A stretch of DNA of 64,000 nucleotides, from positions 2,170,001 through 2,234,000 of the forward strand of contig NEEC01000012.1 of the NCBI GenBank assembly GCA_002189035.1, given 5' to 3'. This document shows, one piece after another, positions 12,322-26,288 of the stretch. Every line of letters starts with the position of its first letter. Within the stretch, counting starts at the first letter, position 1. The stretch comes from Utricularia gibba (taxonomy: Eukaryota; Plantae; Magnoliophyta). The notes beneath the pieces are model-generated. The model saw only the letters and a program-made list of their open reading frames with translations, ran no database searches and was not told the origin of the DNA. Position numbers and translations under genes: made by a program.

Positions 12322-14529
12322 TCACTCCAGCAGTCTGGCTAGGGGAGACTTCCTAAATGCATCTGTTCTTGCCAAAAGACCAGCAAGTGGTCTACTGATG
12401 GGCACACCATCACCTTTTAGTCTCTCCCGGAATCCATATGCTGGCTGCTGCGCATTGTCATACGCATGGAGGAGCGATAAGTATGGCCGGGCACGGGAAG
12501 CATAACCAGCTTGCCTCATGTTAAGAAAGATCTTCTCTGAGTTATGAATGTCTCCTCTCCTTGAGTACTCATCCAAGATGGTGAAGAAGGATGAGAAGAA
12601 TGGTTTCCCTATTCTCCTTCTGATAGCATTCTGTAGGATGGAGTCAGCCTTTTCGACTTCTCCAGCTTTCACATAGAGCTTGACGATCACATCCACAACA
12701 TTGGGTCCCTCATTAGCACTACTTGTAGACATTTTCATGACAAGATCTTTTCCTTTATCCAGCATTTTATGATCTGCATATACTTTCAATAGAAAAACAT
12801 AGTATTTTGAAGCAAGCTTCTTTGAGATTTTTGTCAACTTTTCGAAAGCTAATTCTGCATCTTCAATTCTTTTGAGTTTTCCCCAAGCTTCGATAGCAGT
12901 GATGCACTCTTGTAGTCTTGGATTATGTTGGCATAGATTCCAGAGTCTGGCAACTTCTTCTTCCCTACCAAGGGAAGCATATAATGGAAGTAGTAAGTGA
13001 GAAACCAAACGCATTTTCCCTTCAGCCCCTCCTTCAATTTCCCTTAGTATTGACTCGGCTTTATCATTTAGCCCACCAGCAATATAGTATCGCGCCAAAG
13101 CTGCATTCAAGTTGTTGCTAGGTTCAATACCTTCGGATTTCATTCTTTCAACAAGCTGTTCCATGCCAGTGATATCAATAGCCTGGCCTTTAAGATCAAC
13201 CAGCACCCGATAAGTAAAGGTAGATCGTTTCACATTTTCTTTCTCCATTAATGACAAAATATCATCAACTTTCTTCCAATTCGTCTTCTTATACAGCAAA
13301 AGCATCTGGTTGCATGAAAAACATGAAAGCGGGAATAATTTTTTCATCTTGCTAAACAACTTTTCAGCCTTTTCTGTGTCACATCTAAAGACCATGTTTG
13401 CCAAGAGACTAAAATACACCCTTTCCCCTCTATAATGTTCAGGAATTGTCTGAATATACTCCTCGGCCTTAGAAATACCACGCACTTTTGCAACTAAATC
13501 AACATGGGAAGCATAATTGTTTTCATGAAATTCCATATGCTTTGCAGACTGCATCCACTCTGAAAGCTGCAAATCATTAATCAGTAAGAAAAAATGAAAT
13601 CTTCAAAATTCAAAGGGAAAGATATACAGACTGCTTCGTGTAAAAATTGGAAAACAACACACACCTGCAAGGCCTTGTCAAACATTTGTCGTTTCCGAAG
13701 CTGGATCATTGTTACCAATGCTTCAGTCATTGTCACTTCATTTCCTTCTTCAACCCATTTATCTAAAATCTTGTTTACAGGTGATCCAACAGAAGTGAAT
13801 ATGGCCCTGATAATTCCTGAGGGAGCCTGAGCTGAAGTTTTGTGAAAATCATCTACAAGATTAGTTTCAGCATCTATGCTTTCTGTAACATTTTCCGAGT
13901 CACTAAGATCATCTTCATTTAGTTCCAGATGAGACTCAACCGTATCAGCAACTTCATAATCAGAATCCACATATGAATCAAACGATCTGTTGGTATCATG
14001 CAAGCCACCCATCAAGTTATCATCATCTTGCTCCACACAGCTCTTACCACCAACATTTGAAGAAAAAGAACGAAAACCTTTGTGTGGACTAGAAGAGATA
14101 CATGATAGGCGAAAAAACCAGGTTGCACCAACCAACTGTGTCACCAGTTCCCCTCGAGAATCCACAACTCCATCACCATAAACTCCCATGTACCTTCTTC
14201 CTATCTCTGAAGTCACATAGAAGAATTGCTTGGTCTCTAAACTTGATACTGGAGTCCTGTGGCAAAGAACTGAGACCCATCTTCAAAATACAAAAACCAG
14301 GAATCTAAAACTGAATGTACACTTAAATAATGCCTCGAAATACAAAAGAACAGAGCTACCACACTGGCTCAGTCCGCATTCAAGTTATACAACCAACAAC
14401 AACCTTCGTAAACACAATGGAAAGAAAAAGGTGTAGGCAAAAGAACACATTCTCCATTTATCAACCAGCAATTCGGACGAGGAAATACCATTACCTTAGC
14501 CGAATCGAAGCTCTTCTGATCGCCCACAT
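12322..14529 (-). CDS. P-class mitochondrial PPR protein (PPR596/At1g80270-like), 3 exons
   Basis: A 35-nt first exon at 14529-14495 (MWAIRRASIRL, AG|GTAATG). Exon 2 runs ~14256-13665, with an alternative in-frame acceptor 24 nt upstream, and includes an acidic linker and KWVEEG...LRKRQMFDKALQ. Exon 3 runs 13566-12322 (LSEWMQS...YASHVDLVAKVRG plus PPR repeats). Confidence 0.88.
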
Positions 14530-14639
14530 GATGAATAAAGGAATCACTCAGTTCTCAAAGCGATCTTTGAAGCCTCCAAGGGGGCAAGATAGAGGTAGAA
14601 GAAACAGGCAACAGTTCTAAAACCCCTTCCACCTCAAGG

Positions 14640-14647
14640 TAGGGTTT
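14640..14647. promoter_or_regulatory. Telo-box in the short bidirectional PPR/SDR promoter
   Basis: TAGGGTTT (reverse complement of AAACCCTA) between divergent ATGs at 14529 and 14840. Confidence 0.45.
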
Positions 14648-14839
14648 CTAATTCGCATTTCACCAGTCAAGTGTTTTTTCTTTTTTCTTTTTTTGGTTTT
14701 GTTTTTTTAGTATGACGTACAAATTTGTATATTTCCAAAAAAACAAACAAATTTGTATATTAATTTTAAATTTACCCATCATTTTTCTATCCAAGTGACG
14801 AGCAGTTCCGTGCCCACGGAGGTGAACCCTGGCCAGGCA

Positions 14840-16397
14840 ATGGCGGAACACGGAGCTCAGTTGGCTGAAAGAAGATTTGAGCCGTGGGTAGAGCTAAATG
14901 GCAAGATCGTGATGGTAACCGGCGCGTCTTCCGGCATCGGGCGAGAATTATGTTTAGATTTAGCAAAAGCTGGCTGCAGAATCATCGCTGCTGCTCGACG
15001 AATCGATCGCTTAATGTCACTATGCGATGAAATCAATGCCGGACGCTCCAAGGAAACGTGTACGGACAGGATCAGGGCGTTAGCTGTAGAACTCGACGTT
15101 GGCGCGAATGAGGCCAGTATTGAACCCGCCGTGGAAAAGGCTTGGTTAGGATTTGGAAGAATTGATGCCTTAATCAACAACGCTGGGATCCGAGGTAAAA
15201 CAATTCATTAAACTATGCATTCTCGTTTGTCAGACGATGGTGATTCGCGGTAGAGTTTCCAGAAAGTTTACTTGTGCAGCATGATTTTAGTTGTTTCTGT
15301 GATGCATCGGAAACGGACTAATTTCGGTCGACTTGCGTAGGGGTTGTATTTAGAAATGCTCCTATGGTGGGAGCTGCAATGTAAGTATTTCAAAATACTC
15401 GGTATAAGTCTAAGGCAATCTCAGACTGGGAAATCAAGTAGTTTTTATGGAGAAATGGAGTAATAAGAATTGACATGATTTTGTATTTTGAACTCCAATA
15501 TGGGTTTTGGCTTTTGATTTTTATTGCTTCTAGCTCACTATTTTATGTACGCTGGAGTTTGTTGAATTCCTTGACGCCTCTGCTGTTGTTTTCATACGTT
15601 TTCTTTACTTGTGAGGGCACTCAATGCTAATCATGTTTGCTGCATTGTTTTTGAATTTGCTATGATTTTTTGAATTTAAGGTGTTGGCTCTCAATGCTCC
15701 TCGTTGTCTTTTTGAATTTAATGAGGCTATTCTGGATTTCAGTTAGTGCTTTTCTTATTGTATTGTTGAAATGCTTTGAAGGCAGTATACACAATCCAGT
15801 GGATTTATCAGAAGATGAATGGAACAATATTATGGCTACAAATATGAGGGGGACATGGTTGGTGTCAAAGCATGTATGCAGAAGAATGCGTGAAGCTCAT
15901 CAAGGTGGCTCTGTGATTAATATCTCCTCGGTCGCAGGTCTAAACCGTGGCCATCTTCCTGGAACATTTGCATACGCCGCATCAAAGGCAGGAGTTAACA
16001 ATATGACAAAGGTAATCTGAACAAACTTCTTTGCACATGTATTATCATTGCCGGTGACCGATAGCAGTTAACTTCTTGTGGTTGCTTGATGGATGCGTAT
16101 TCATCCTGTACCTTGCAGACGATGGCCCTCGAGCTAGGTCGTTACAAGATAAGAGTGAACTCGATTTCACCAGGGATATTCAAGTCTGAGATTACTGAAG
16201 CTCTCTTGAGGAAGGAATGGCTGAAAACGGTGACTTCCAAGACAGTCCCTCTACAAACTTATGGCACGTCTGATCCAGCTCTTACTTCGCTCGTTCGATA
16301 TTTGATTGATGACTCCTCCGATTATGTAACGGGAAATGTTTTCATTGTCGAAGCTGGTGCTACCTTGCCAGGTATACCCCTGTTTTCCTCTTTGTAG
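14840..16397 (+). CDS. Short-chain dehydrogenase/reductase (FabG-like), probable peroxisomal (C-terminal SSL)
   Basis: Exons 14840-15194, 15782-16011 and 16119-16397. Motifs: TGASSGIG (Rossmann fold), INNAG, NISS and catalytic YAASK. The protein ends ...PGIPLFSSL*, a PTS1-like tripeptide. Confidence 0.92.
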
Positions 16398-16648
16398 ATA
16401 ACGAGTTTCATCACCATAATGATGGTGGATTTCCTCATTGAGAATTCATCAATCAGGCACTAATCCCAGTGCCTAGGTACTCTTATGTGTAATATATAAT
16501 AACTTATGAAATCAATCGTGAGGTCGATTTGCTTTTTCCTATGGTAATTCTGTTAACTCCACACCTTTAAATAATCTGGATAATGATATTGAAAGGCATT
16601 TTTTGATAAGTAACATGGGGTGCACAGATGCAGTGAAGATACTTACTC

Positions 16649-19600
16649 CTATGAGATTTTAAGAACATCAGCTCCAGATTTAACAACCTGGAGAAGGTTT
16701 GGTTTCCTCAACAAATCAACGGAGTTTAAGGATTATGGGCTGAGAACAACATCAATATGGTTGCCTGCATAGGGAAGCAGATTCGTCCTTGGAGCCACCT
16801 GAAAACAGGACATAGTCGCATTCCGATCACTTCGAAAATGGATGTGAATCCATGCAGGAAACAAACCTTAGTTGGCTCGTTGAACGAGTTTTCATCGATG
16901 GAGTGGGTAGATGTTAGAGTGGTTATTGTTGATCCTCCTGCATCTACAGCCTTTTCATTCAGTCCATGGATTGTGATGTTGAGAATTGCATGGTTACTCC
17001 CGACGTTCAAAACCTGGATGATTTTCAGGTACCTCAGCTCAAGCTTGGGCAATAGAAGGTTTTGCTTTTTCATTCGTGTTGTGGCTCAAACCTTGATTCT
17101 CAGATAGTTTCTGTTGTCAGTTTGACTCTGGTAAGAAATTGCGGATGCAACGAGGGATGAAGATGAACTTGTTCGCAGCTCTGAATCAAGGAGAGTTGCA
17201 CCATTTGAGTCCTTGAAAAAATGCTGCATCCAGTAAGTTGGAGTTCCATACGCCTTTGATGAGTCAAACACTATAGCATTTGCTTTGAAACTGCAAACAG
17301 AAACAGGTGAAAAGGAACTATCCATATTCTGCATAATGAGGATTAGAAGTCACAAGTGCATACTTGATGCTATTGATGTTCGCAAACAGAGGGGCATTGC
17401 TTGCCATTTCAACAACATGACTGCAACACAAAGTCACAGCAAGTAAGGAAGTTCCAGAGATATTGGATGATTTCAAATCAAAATGGTTCTGTGTTACTTG
17501 CAGTTGTGACCATGTTTGTTTCGAACCTGACTCTTATGCCAATTGTTGCATAGCAAGAAGAGTACCTGTCCCTCTCTAGTCCCAGGAGGAAGCCAGCCTC
17601 AGCAAGTGCTTTTAAAAGATTTCCAGCTCCAACATCTCCTCCAGTTGCGGCGTACTCACTCACAAAAGCCTGAAAGCATCATGGAGCAGTCCAGTTACAC
17701 AGACTTGCATCATGAAGTAGAGAGGAGCATGTCAGAGGTGATTCATCTAAACCTTTGGGCCATTTGTAGGAGAATGGTCGAAGTTGTGGGCACTTGAAAA
17801 CATTGAAGTTGGGACAGTGTACACCTATCAGAGCTAAGAGAATGTTAATCTACTATATGGAGGAACATGCCATCATAGCGAGAGAGGTATATTGCAGAAG
17901 CCTGTACATGGGAATCATAGAAATCTGCAGGATGATCCAAGCCTCCAGAGGATCCATCGCAGTTTGAGATCATATTGATATCAGGGTACATGGCTTTCAC
18001 AGCCGTGTAGAACCTCATGTATTTCTCTATTGTGCATAACATAACAAATGCTTGAAGGTTGGCATCTACAGGAAACATGGAAACGTCGGCTAAAGAGGCA
18101 AGTACCTCGATAGTTCCCAAAGCAATCTTGATTTCCTACTGCAACATACTGAAGAAGGAAGGGTTCTTTATGGCCCATAGAAGCCCTTATAGAGCCCCAT
18201 TCTGAAGAAGGATCTCCTCTAGCGAACTCGATTCCGTGAAGAATGTCCTGCAGTTATGATTTGCAGTGTAAGAAACTCACCTTGTTGCAAGTAGAGAGGT
18301 AAGAGTACTATAAGAGCTTTACCAGCACAAAGGGAAGCATGATCTTAGAGTCTACTTGTTCCTCCATGCTTATTCCTATGGCAATTATGGATTATTTGCT
18401 TGGAATGGATTCCATTAAAAAGGTGGATAACTACCTCCATTTATGACCCAAACAGGTGATGCACCTAGATCCTCAGCAAGCTGCAGATACCACAAGTTGG
18501 CTTACTTGCAAACCAGCAGTAACAGCAAGAAGCTTTTCATCTAAGAGCCTCAGGAGAAAGCATATGTTACTTGAAGGAACTCAAAGAAGCCAATTCCATC
18601 ATCAGTCCAGTACTGCCAAACATCTCCAAAATGCCCAGGCCTATTTTCCCAAGGCCCTATGGTGTCTTTCCATCGAAATGAATTGGTTAGTCGTCGTCCT
18701 TCGACGAACGAGCCCCCTGTTAAGAAGTGAAGGCAAGTATTTGTGAAGATCAATCACTCTTCATGATTTATCATTCAGAAATACCTGGAAATCTAAGGAA
18801 TCCTGGATTCAGATCTGCAAGCATGTCAAAAAGATCTTTTCTAAAGCCATGCCCCTGATGACGAAACAAGGTATGAAAACATCTCATTTCTTATTACTGT
18901 TCAAGGAAAAGAAAGAAAACCTCAAGTTCCTTGCCTTGTGTGTGTTCAGAGGCATTGCAGATACTTGATCAAGCCATATAACACCCCTTTTCCTTGTAGT
19001 CAGCTGCAATCTTGAATTAGGATTGGATCCCTTTGCTTCCATGATAATCTCCTTCATTTTCCAATTTCCGAAATCGTCATCTCTGCAGGAACAATCCCAG
19101 CATAAGAGATGCAACACATGTAACTTGAAAGAATCTCCATTCCATGTCCTGAAGCAGCTGCTTACACAACATCAGCTGAGGCTAGTGCACTGAGCTCATT
19201 TGATCCAATCAAGGAGACAGATATATGAATTGGTTGAAGGGAACGCACATAAAAGGTCACCTTATACTGCTTTCCTTGCTCAATATTCTGCATGAAAAAT
19301 GGTCACTTGAATCAGCAGTGATCGACATAGTCACTCTTTCAGACAAAAACTGACATGATCAACAGGTAAAACCAGACAGAAACCAGAAAAAAGCTTCTTA
19401 CCATGCCCCAGAATCCAGGGTTGTAGACTCCAACTCCTCCTTCAGGACAACTATTCTGACCAGAAGTATCACACATCACCTCCATTCGAAGAGCAATTTG
19501 GTTTCTTTCAAAGCAAGATGAGCGATCAGTCATTACAAAAATCGTTGTTGCATTTCCCACAACTGTCCAAGGGCTAATATTCGAAGGAACATTCTGCCCT

Positions 19601-20038
19601 CCAGCCTCAAAACCTGCACTGATGAATAATAAGCCATCATATCATGTATCAAGATTCACCCTTTTCTCAGGTCACATTTTGGCTAAAGCAAACTCAAACA
19701 TGAGGTTCAGGATCAAGATTTCTGTGAATTAACCTCTGTTGCTCACAAGCTCAGCCCACAGTCCTCCAGCTCCAGAATGATTGATCTCCTGAAGAACATC
19801 TTTAAGAATCATGCTTTCAAACAGAGTATACAGAGCATTATCAACATTATGAAGCAACAACTTACCTCAAATGATATACCAAACATCCTCTGGGAGATCT
19901 TTTTACCAGAGCTTTCAGAAGCATTTATGACTAACATGATGATGGCTGCGCATCAAAGATCCCAGTGGCATAGGAATTGGTGCAGAACAGGAAGAGAAAG
20001 AACAGCACCATCTTGCCAACATCATTATCCGTATCCAT
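16649..20038 (-). CDS. ASD1: GH51 alpha-L-arabinofuranosidase (ASD1/ARAF1-like), divergent; frameshift in exon 1 and GNQ at the acid/base site
   Basis: Spliced exons give FGISFEEINHSGAGGLWAELVSNRGFEAGG, GVYNPGFWGM, HGFRKDL..LRFPGGSFVEG, WENRPGHFGDVWQYWTDDG, YVAVGNQDC, LDHPADFYDSH, KAFVSEYA and YGTPTYWMQHFF. The signal peptide starts at ATG 20038. Confidence 0.88.
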
Positions 20039-21563
20039 TTGTTGACCAATCAAATCCCTCTGCAATGGGCACTCAGAACTGTGACAAGAAGAAATTTTTA
20101 TTCGCTGGGCAATCTAGAAAAGTTGCATTACTCATGAAATCTTGTATCCATATCGGGAAAAGTGGATAAAACCCACTTCGTACAGTTCAATTTCCAAGAT
20201 ACACGAGTTAGAGAGAAACTTGTGGTGGATACATGAAATAAATGGTCTTTCAGTAGCTTTGCTGTCTGGATGGATGACCCAATTGAAAATTAGACATATT
20301 CAGCCGATCTAACGCCAAACTGTACCATTTATCTTTCTCCGTTACCATTTCCCACAAACTGTGAAATAAATGGTTTCTTTGCGTTTAACGTGAAGAATTT
20401 CTTTAGCCTGAATCACTTGCACGGCACACACACGCCTGCGAAATCCTTACTTCAAAGTTTTCGATGGCGGTTGAAGATTACCTTCAACAACTCATTTGCC
20501 ATTTGTCTGGGGCGTCCCCATTGGCTCCTACGTGATGATCATTTGGCCTCTTTACCCTCAAGAAACCATCTTCAATCATTAGCTCCCACTTCCTTAAAAA
20601 AAAAAAAAGATAGTGGTTTTAGACATGAATTTTTTTTAAAAAATAATTTATTTACTTTTAATATTTTGTTTCTATTGATTCAATTTACATGTTCTGAATA
20701 TCCATCGAAACGGTTTACTAAATAATTATATATATTTATTTTAAATTTTGAATTTAATTATGTTTCCCTTCCGTTTTACCATTTTCAAACTATATAGGAG
20801 GAGGTAATGCTTAGTATTTTCATCATTGCACTCAGTCTTCAAAAGAGCATGTCATTGTGATCTTGCCTTCAAGTTCTAACTTTGAACATGTGTTTTCTTC
20901 ATCCCTCCGGAGTTCGATTATGCACAATATATGGAAAGCTGACTTGCCTGTGTTTCTGGTGGTGTGATGGGAGTTCGTTGCTTCCTTGTCTTCAAGTTCA
21001 AACTTTTAACACATGACTTACCGATCGTCCACGGAGCCCAACTACTAACTGCAGCTCATTAGATTCTTCTACAATGCTGCTTTTTGCCTGTGCTCAGGTG
21101 CAACAGGATCTGGATGTTGGAAACTAGTTCTACTATTGTTCAGGCCATGTATATCTCAATTCCCAATAGTTTTTTGAGAATGTATCCATACTAGTTTTTG
21201 CAAGGGTTCACATAATAATGGTGCTACAACTGCAAAAAAGCGGCATGAATTTCAAAATCCACAAGACCAACAGCTGCTGCAACTGATCATATGATATTCC
21301 GGGGTGTTGATCAAAGGTGACCGCTTACTTCACCATGAGAAGAAGTAAAGAAAAAAAAAGGCCTTCTTTAGTGGCACCCTTCTCCCAGAATCTCAATCAA
21401 ATTGTTGGGTGTTGACAAAATTGCAGAGAATGAAAGCAAGACTTGGTTCTATGAGGGGAACTTAACAGGGTATGATTAAAATATTATGGTACCAAAAGAA
21501 ATAGAGTAGGCAGAAGATGAACCAAGAGGCAAGAGTAAAAACGTGTCTCAAAATGTTGCAGCC

Positions 21564-22443
<880 letters not shown>

Positions 22444-23810
22444 TTCTCCTCCCCGCTAGCTCAAATTTCCTTTCTTTTGTCCAGGTCCAGACACACAAAC
22501 GCCTTCTGAAAAAAAAAATGTAGATGCATATATAAAAAGCGAGTCTCTGGATTTCACATATATCATGAAACAAGGCTATAAAAGTTACAATTGTCTTCTA
22601 CAAGCTAAATCTAGAAAGACGATCTCCAAAGCCAATTTAATATGAAAATTAAACCTTCCATTTCCATGTCTGGACGTGCACGGTGGCGATCCTCCGCCGT
22701 CTCCGCTCTACCGTTCGCTGCCATACCTCGTTCCACATTAAGTTAGTTTAACCTAATTAAGTAATTTTTACTTTATAAAACCTGAATGTGATTTAATTTC
22801 ATAAATTTAGTGTGAATTTATCAACTAAAAATTTAATTTTCACAGGTATATTATCATATATTTTCAGTGACTATTCAATAGATGATATTAAATAATCACT
22901 TTAATACCAAAAACATGATATTTGTATCTTGGCATTTTGCTATATTGAATTACGGTATAAAAGTATCATTTTATAAATGATATTAAATAAAAACATTAAT
23001 AAATATATTAAAATCTTATATTTGTTAAATAAAATAATTATGTTTAGGATTTAATATTTCTAAAAATTCGTATTTACATATTACACTACCTATTTGATAT
23101 TTTTATTTTCCAACTCTCTTCTCATTTATCCTGTGTAACTCAGTTTCAATCATCTAATTTTTACTATTAATATTTTTCTCATCTTTAGCGTACCTTAGTA
23201 GAATAACATCCATAATTAACTTATTTCAATTCATTTTGGTTTATACCAAGAACTATATATTATATTCGATAAAATATTTCATACAAGATTTACATGATTA
23301 TTCTACTTAATTTCATAATTGAATTGAGATTTAGCTAGGGCATCCTTCATTATACCTCTAATCATCTCCATCTACTTTAAGATGAAAGCTTCCAATCATC
23401 TTCTTCAATTTTTCTCTTGTAGAGATATAGTTTGAAATATTTCATTCTTTCTATGGATTTGCACTTTATCGTTGTATTTTTGCAGATACATTCTTTTTTT
23501 ATTTACATTAAATAATATTTAAAAAATAATTATAGTAGGAGAAAGGAGGCTACTATAGGATCATCAAATTTTGGTGACGCCCTCGTTCTACTACCAGAAC
23601 AATTCTATTTGATGGTTGTTTGGCTCTTTCTCTCTCACGCATGAAGGGGACAGGCTAGTTCAATTCTTACATGATATAACGGCCAACACCCGATTCACAT
23701 CTCAAAACCAGAGGCTACAGAGATCACGACACCCCAGCCATTTTGCTTTCATCGATACAAGTCCAGATCCCATCTCCAAATACAAAGAACAAGCGCTGAA
23801 TTCCCAGATA

Positions 23811-25365
23811 ATGTCTACGGCATTGGCTTGGTTTGCATCTAGAAGACAAGGGGTATTCATTGCTTGTCTCATTGCACTCTGGTACTCAACCAACATTGGT
23901 GTTCTTCTCCTCAACAAGTTTCTCCTCTCCAATTATGGTTTCGCTTACCCAATCTTCCTCACAATGTGTCACATGTCGGCGTGTGCTGTTCTCAGCTACA
24001 TTTCTATTGTTTTCTTGAAAATAGTGCCTACCCAGATGATCAAATCGAGGTCTCAGTTTTTTAGAATCGCTACATTGAGCATTGTGTTTTGTGGGTCTGT
24101 CGTGGGTGGCAACATATCGCTGAAATATTTGCCGGTTTCGTTCAATCAAGCTGTGGGTGCTACGACTCCATTTTTCACTGCATTGTTTGCCTATGTTATG
24201 ACAATGAAGATTGAGGCTTGCCTTACTTATGCTTGTCTCGTGCCTGTCGTCGCTGGAGTTGTAATCGCCAGTGGGGTAGGATTACTTTGTCTTCTGAATC
24301 TTTCAGTTATATGATTAGATATGCAAGTGTTGTGCGAATATTCTGTTTTTACCAAGAAAAAGACGAGCTTTTTTGGCTTTACCTATCCGTCTGCTTTTGT
24401 GTTTAAAATATTTTTGCACACCACAAATATATGTTCACCTTGTGACAAAAGAGCCTTCACTTGGATGCTAGAAGCAAAGCATTGTGTCACAGATCTATGT
24501 TGAGCTGAAATAAGCTGGCAGCCGAAAAGCACTTTATATCAGCTTGGATCAGGAGTTTGCTTGTCTTCTTTATCTGGTTTTGTTTTTGGCATCAGGGAGA
24601 GCCAAGTTTCCATTTGTATGGATTTGTCATGTGTGTCAGTGCAACTGCTGCAAGAGCCTTTAAGTCAGTCTTACAGGGAGTTCTCCTGTCCAACGACGGG
24701 TAATCAGTTAACTCAGATTCTCATTTTGTATCCTGTTTCATGGCTTTGTCCTCACAAAACTTGCCTGCTTAAGTATTCCTGCTTCCATGTCTAGAAACGC
24801 TCTTGAGTTACTCTTCTTCAGCTTCTAGTGACGTTTTTTCTGTGCATCATGAATGGTGTGAACCTGCAGGGAGAAGTTAAACTCAATGAACTTGATGCTT
24901 TACATGGCTCCCATTGCGGTTGTGGTTTTGCTGCCAGCAGCCCTTATAATGGAAGCGGATGCTTTCGGTTACATAGTTTCAATTGGCTCCGAAGACAGGT
25001 TCATATGGTTGCTTCTTTTGGTGAATTCCACAATGGCCTACGGAGCAAATCTGTGCAACTTCTTGGTCACCAAACACACCAGTGCTCTCAGTCTTCAGGT
25101 ACTCCACTTTTCTGACAGGAAAACCAAACAAGACTTATTACATGCTCTTTGAGGAAGACTGATCAGGCAACATATTTCTGATGTTGTTTGTTGCCCATTA
25201 ACTCTGAACAATGTGCAGGTTTTAGGGAACGCCAAAGGTGCTGTGGCAGTGGTGATATCCATCCTCATCTTCCGCAATCCAGTAACATTCATCGGCATCG
25301 CTGGCTACACCATGACTGTCATGGGAGTTGTTGCTTATGGAGAATCAAAGAGGAGATACAAATGA
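23811..25365 (+). CDS. UUAT1: Nucleotide-sugar transporter of the TPT/DMT family (UDP-uronic acid transporter 1-like)
   Basis: Exons 23811-24275, 24596-24699, 24870-25098 and 25219-25365. Motifs: [47 protein letters not shown] and [35 protein letters not shown]. Confidence 0.9.
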
Positions 25366-26288
25366 GTGAACTGAGAGCTCCTTGTACCTAAACACAAACG
25401 CAGCAAAATGACTATGATCAATTTGGTGGTTCCTTTCTCCCTTTGAGTCCACAACATCTAGCGTAATCTATTCGTAAAACCATCGGATTGAAATGATCGA
25501 TATGCAGCTCATCTGGAAAACATCTATAGGAAGTCTGTAAATTGTAGTTGTCTGGTGTTAGTGGGATCCCAAGCTTGGCCAAAGAGGAAAGGTGCAGCAG
25601 GAGGCATCTTTGTGTCATGGAAATGGATCCTTTCAATGCCTTGAGATTGAACACCATTTGAAGGAAATCAAAGAAGCTAAGCAAATTCACAGAAACTAGC
25701 TCAGGGGAGAATGCAATATAACAGCCCTTAGTTGTCTACTAAACATGAGAAAAACACCTCTCAGTTGAGCACTAACTGGAGCAACCTAGGAATCCAACTT
25801 GTAATAAAAAGAGTTTTCTCTCAGTTGCATTGCATTTCACTTTTCAACGAACTTGATTTCCAAATTGAGGTTCAACTGGTAAAGAATGCTCCTTCAAAGT
25901 GTCTTGATTATTGCTCCTTTAAAGACAAGACAAGGTTTATCTGAATAACAAATGCATACTCAAATGTATGCAACTTGCAAATAACTCCGTCTCTCAAGTT
26001 TTAACAGCAATCAGATTAAGCATACAAACCACAAACAGCCTGAATTTGCAACACAACTTGCTCTGCATTCCTTGCCGTACCACATAGAACCTTTTAATCA
26101 ACAAATACCAAATGATTAAAAGACGTTAAGGACACAAACATCCCAATCCAACCAACCAAAGAATGTGTGGCACACAAAGAAAAGCCTATAGACAAGAATG
26201 CAGATGTACAGCATTTTAAATGGACCATGAAGAGGCAATCAAAATACCAACAAAGGCGGACCCTTGAAACAGCATTGTGCATCAATGT

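Noticed and set aside
20855-21015. Imperfect ~30-nt repeat pair (TTG(C/T)CTTCAAGTTC...) downstream of calmodulin
   Set aside because: Only two degenerate copies, no ORF or mobile-element hallmark; probably UTR or intergenic duplication.
23616-23810. 65-codon in-frame extension upstream of the UUAT1 ATG
   Set aside because: It starts at a non-ATG codon and has no homology to the family; the homologous protein begins near 23811.
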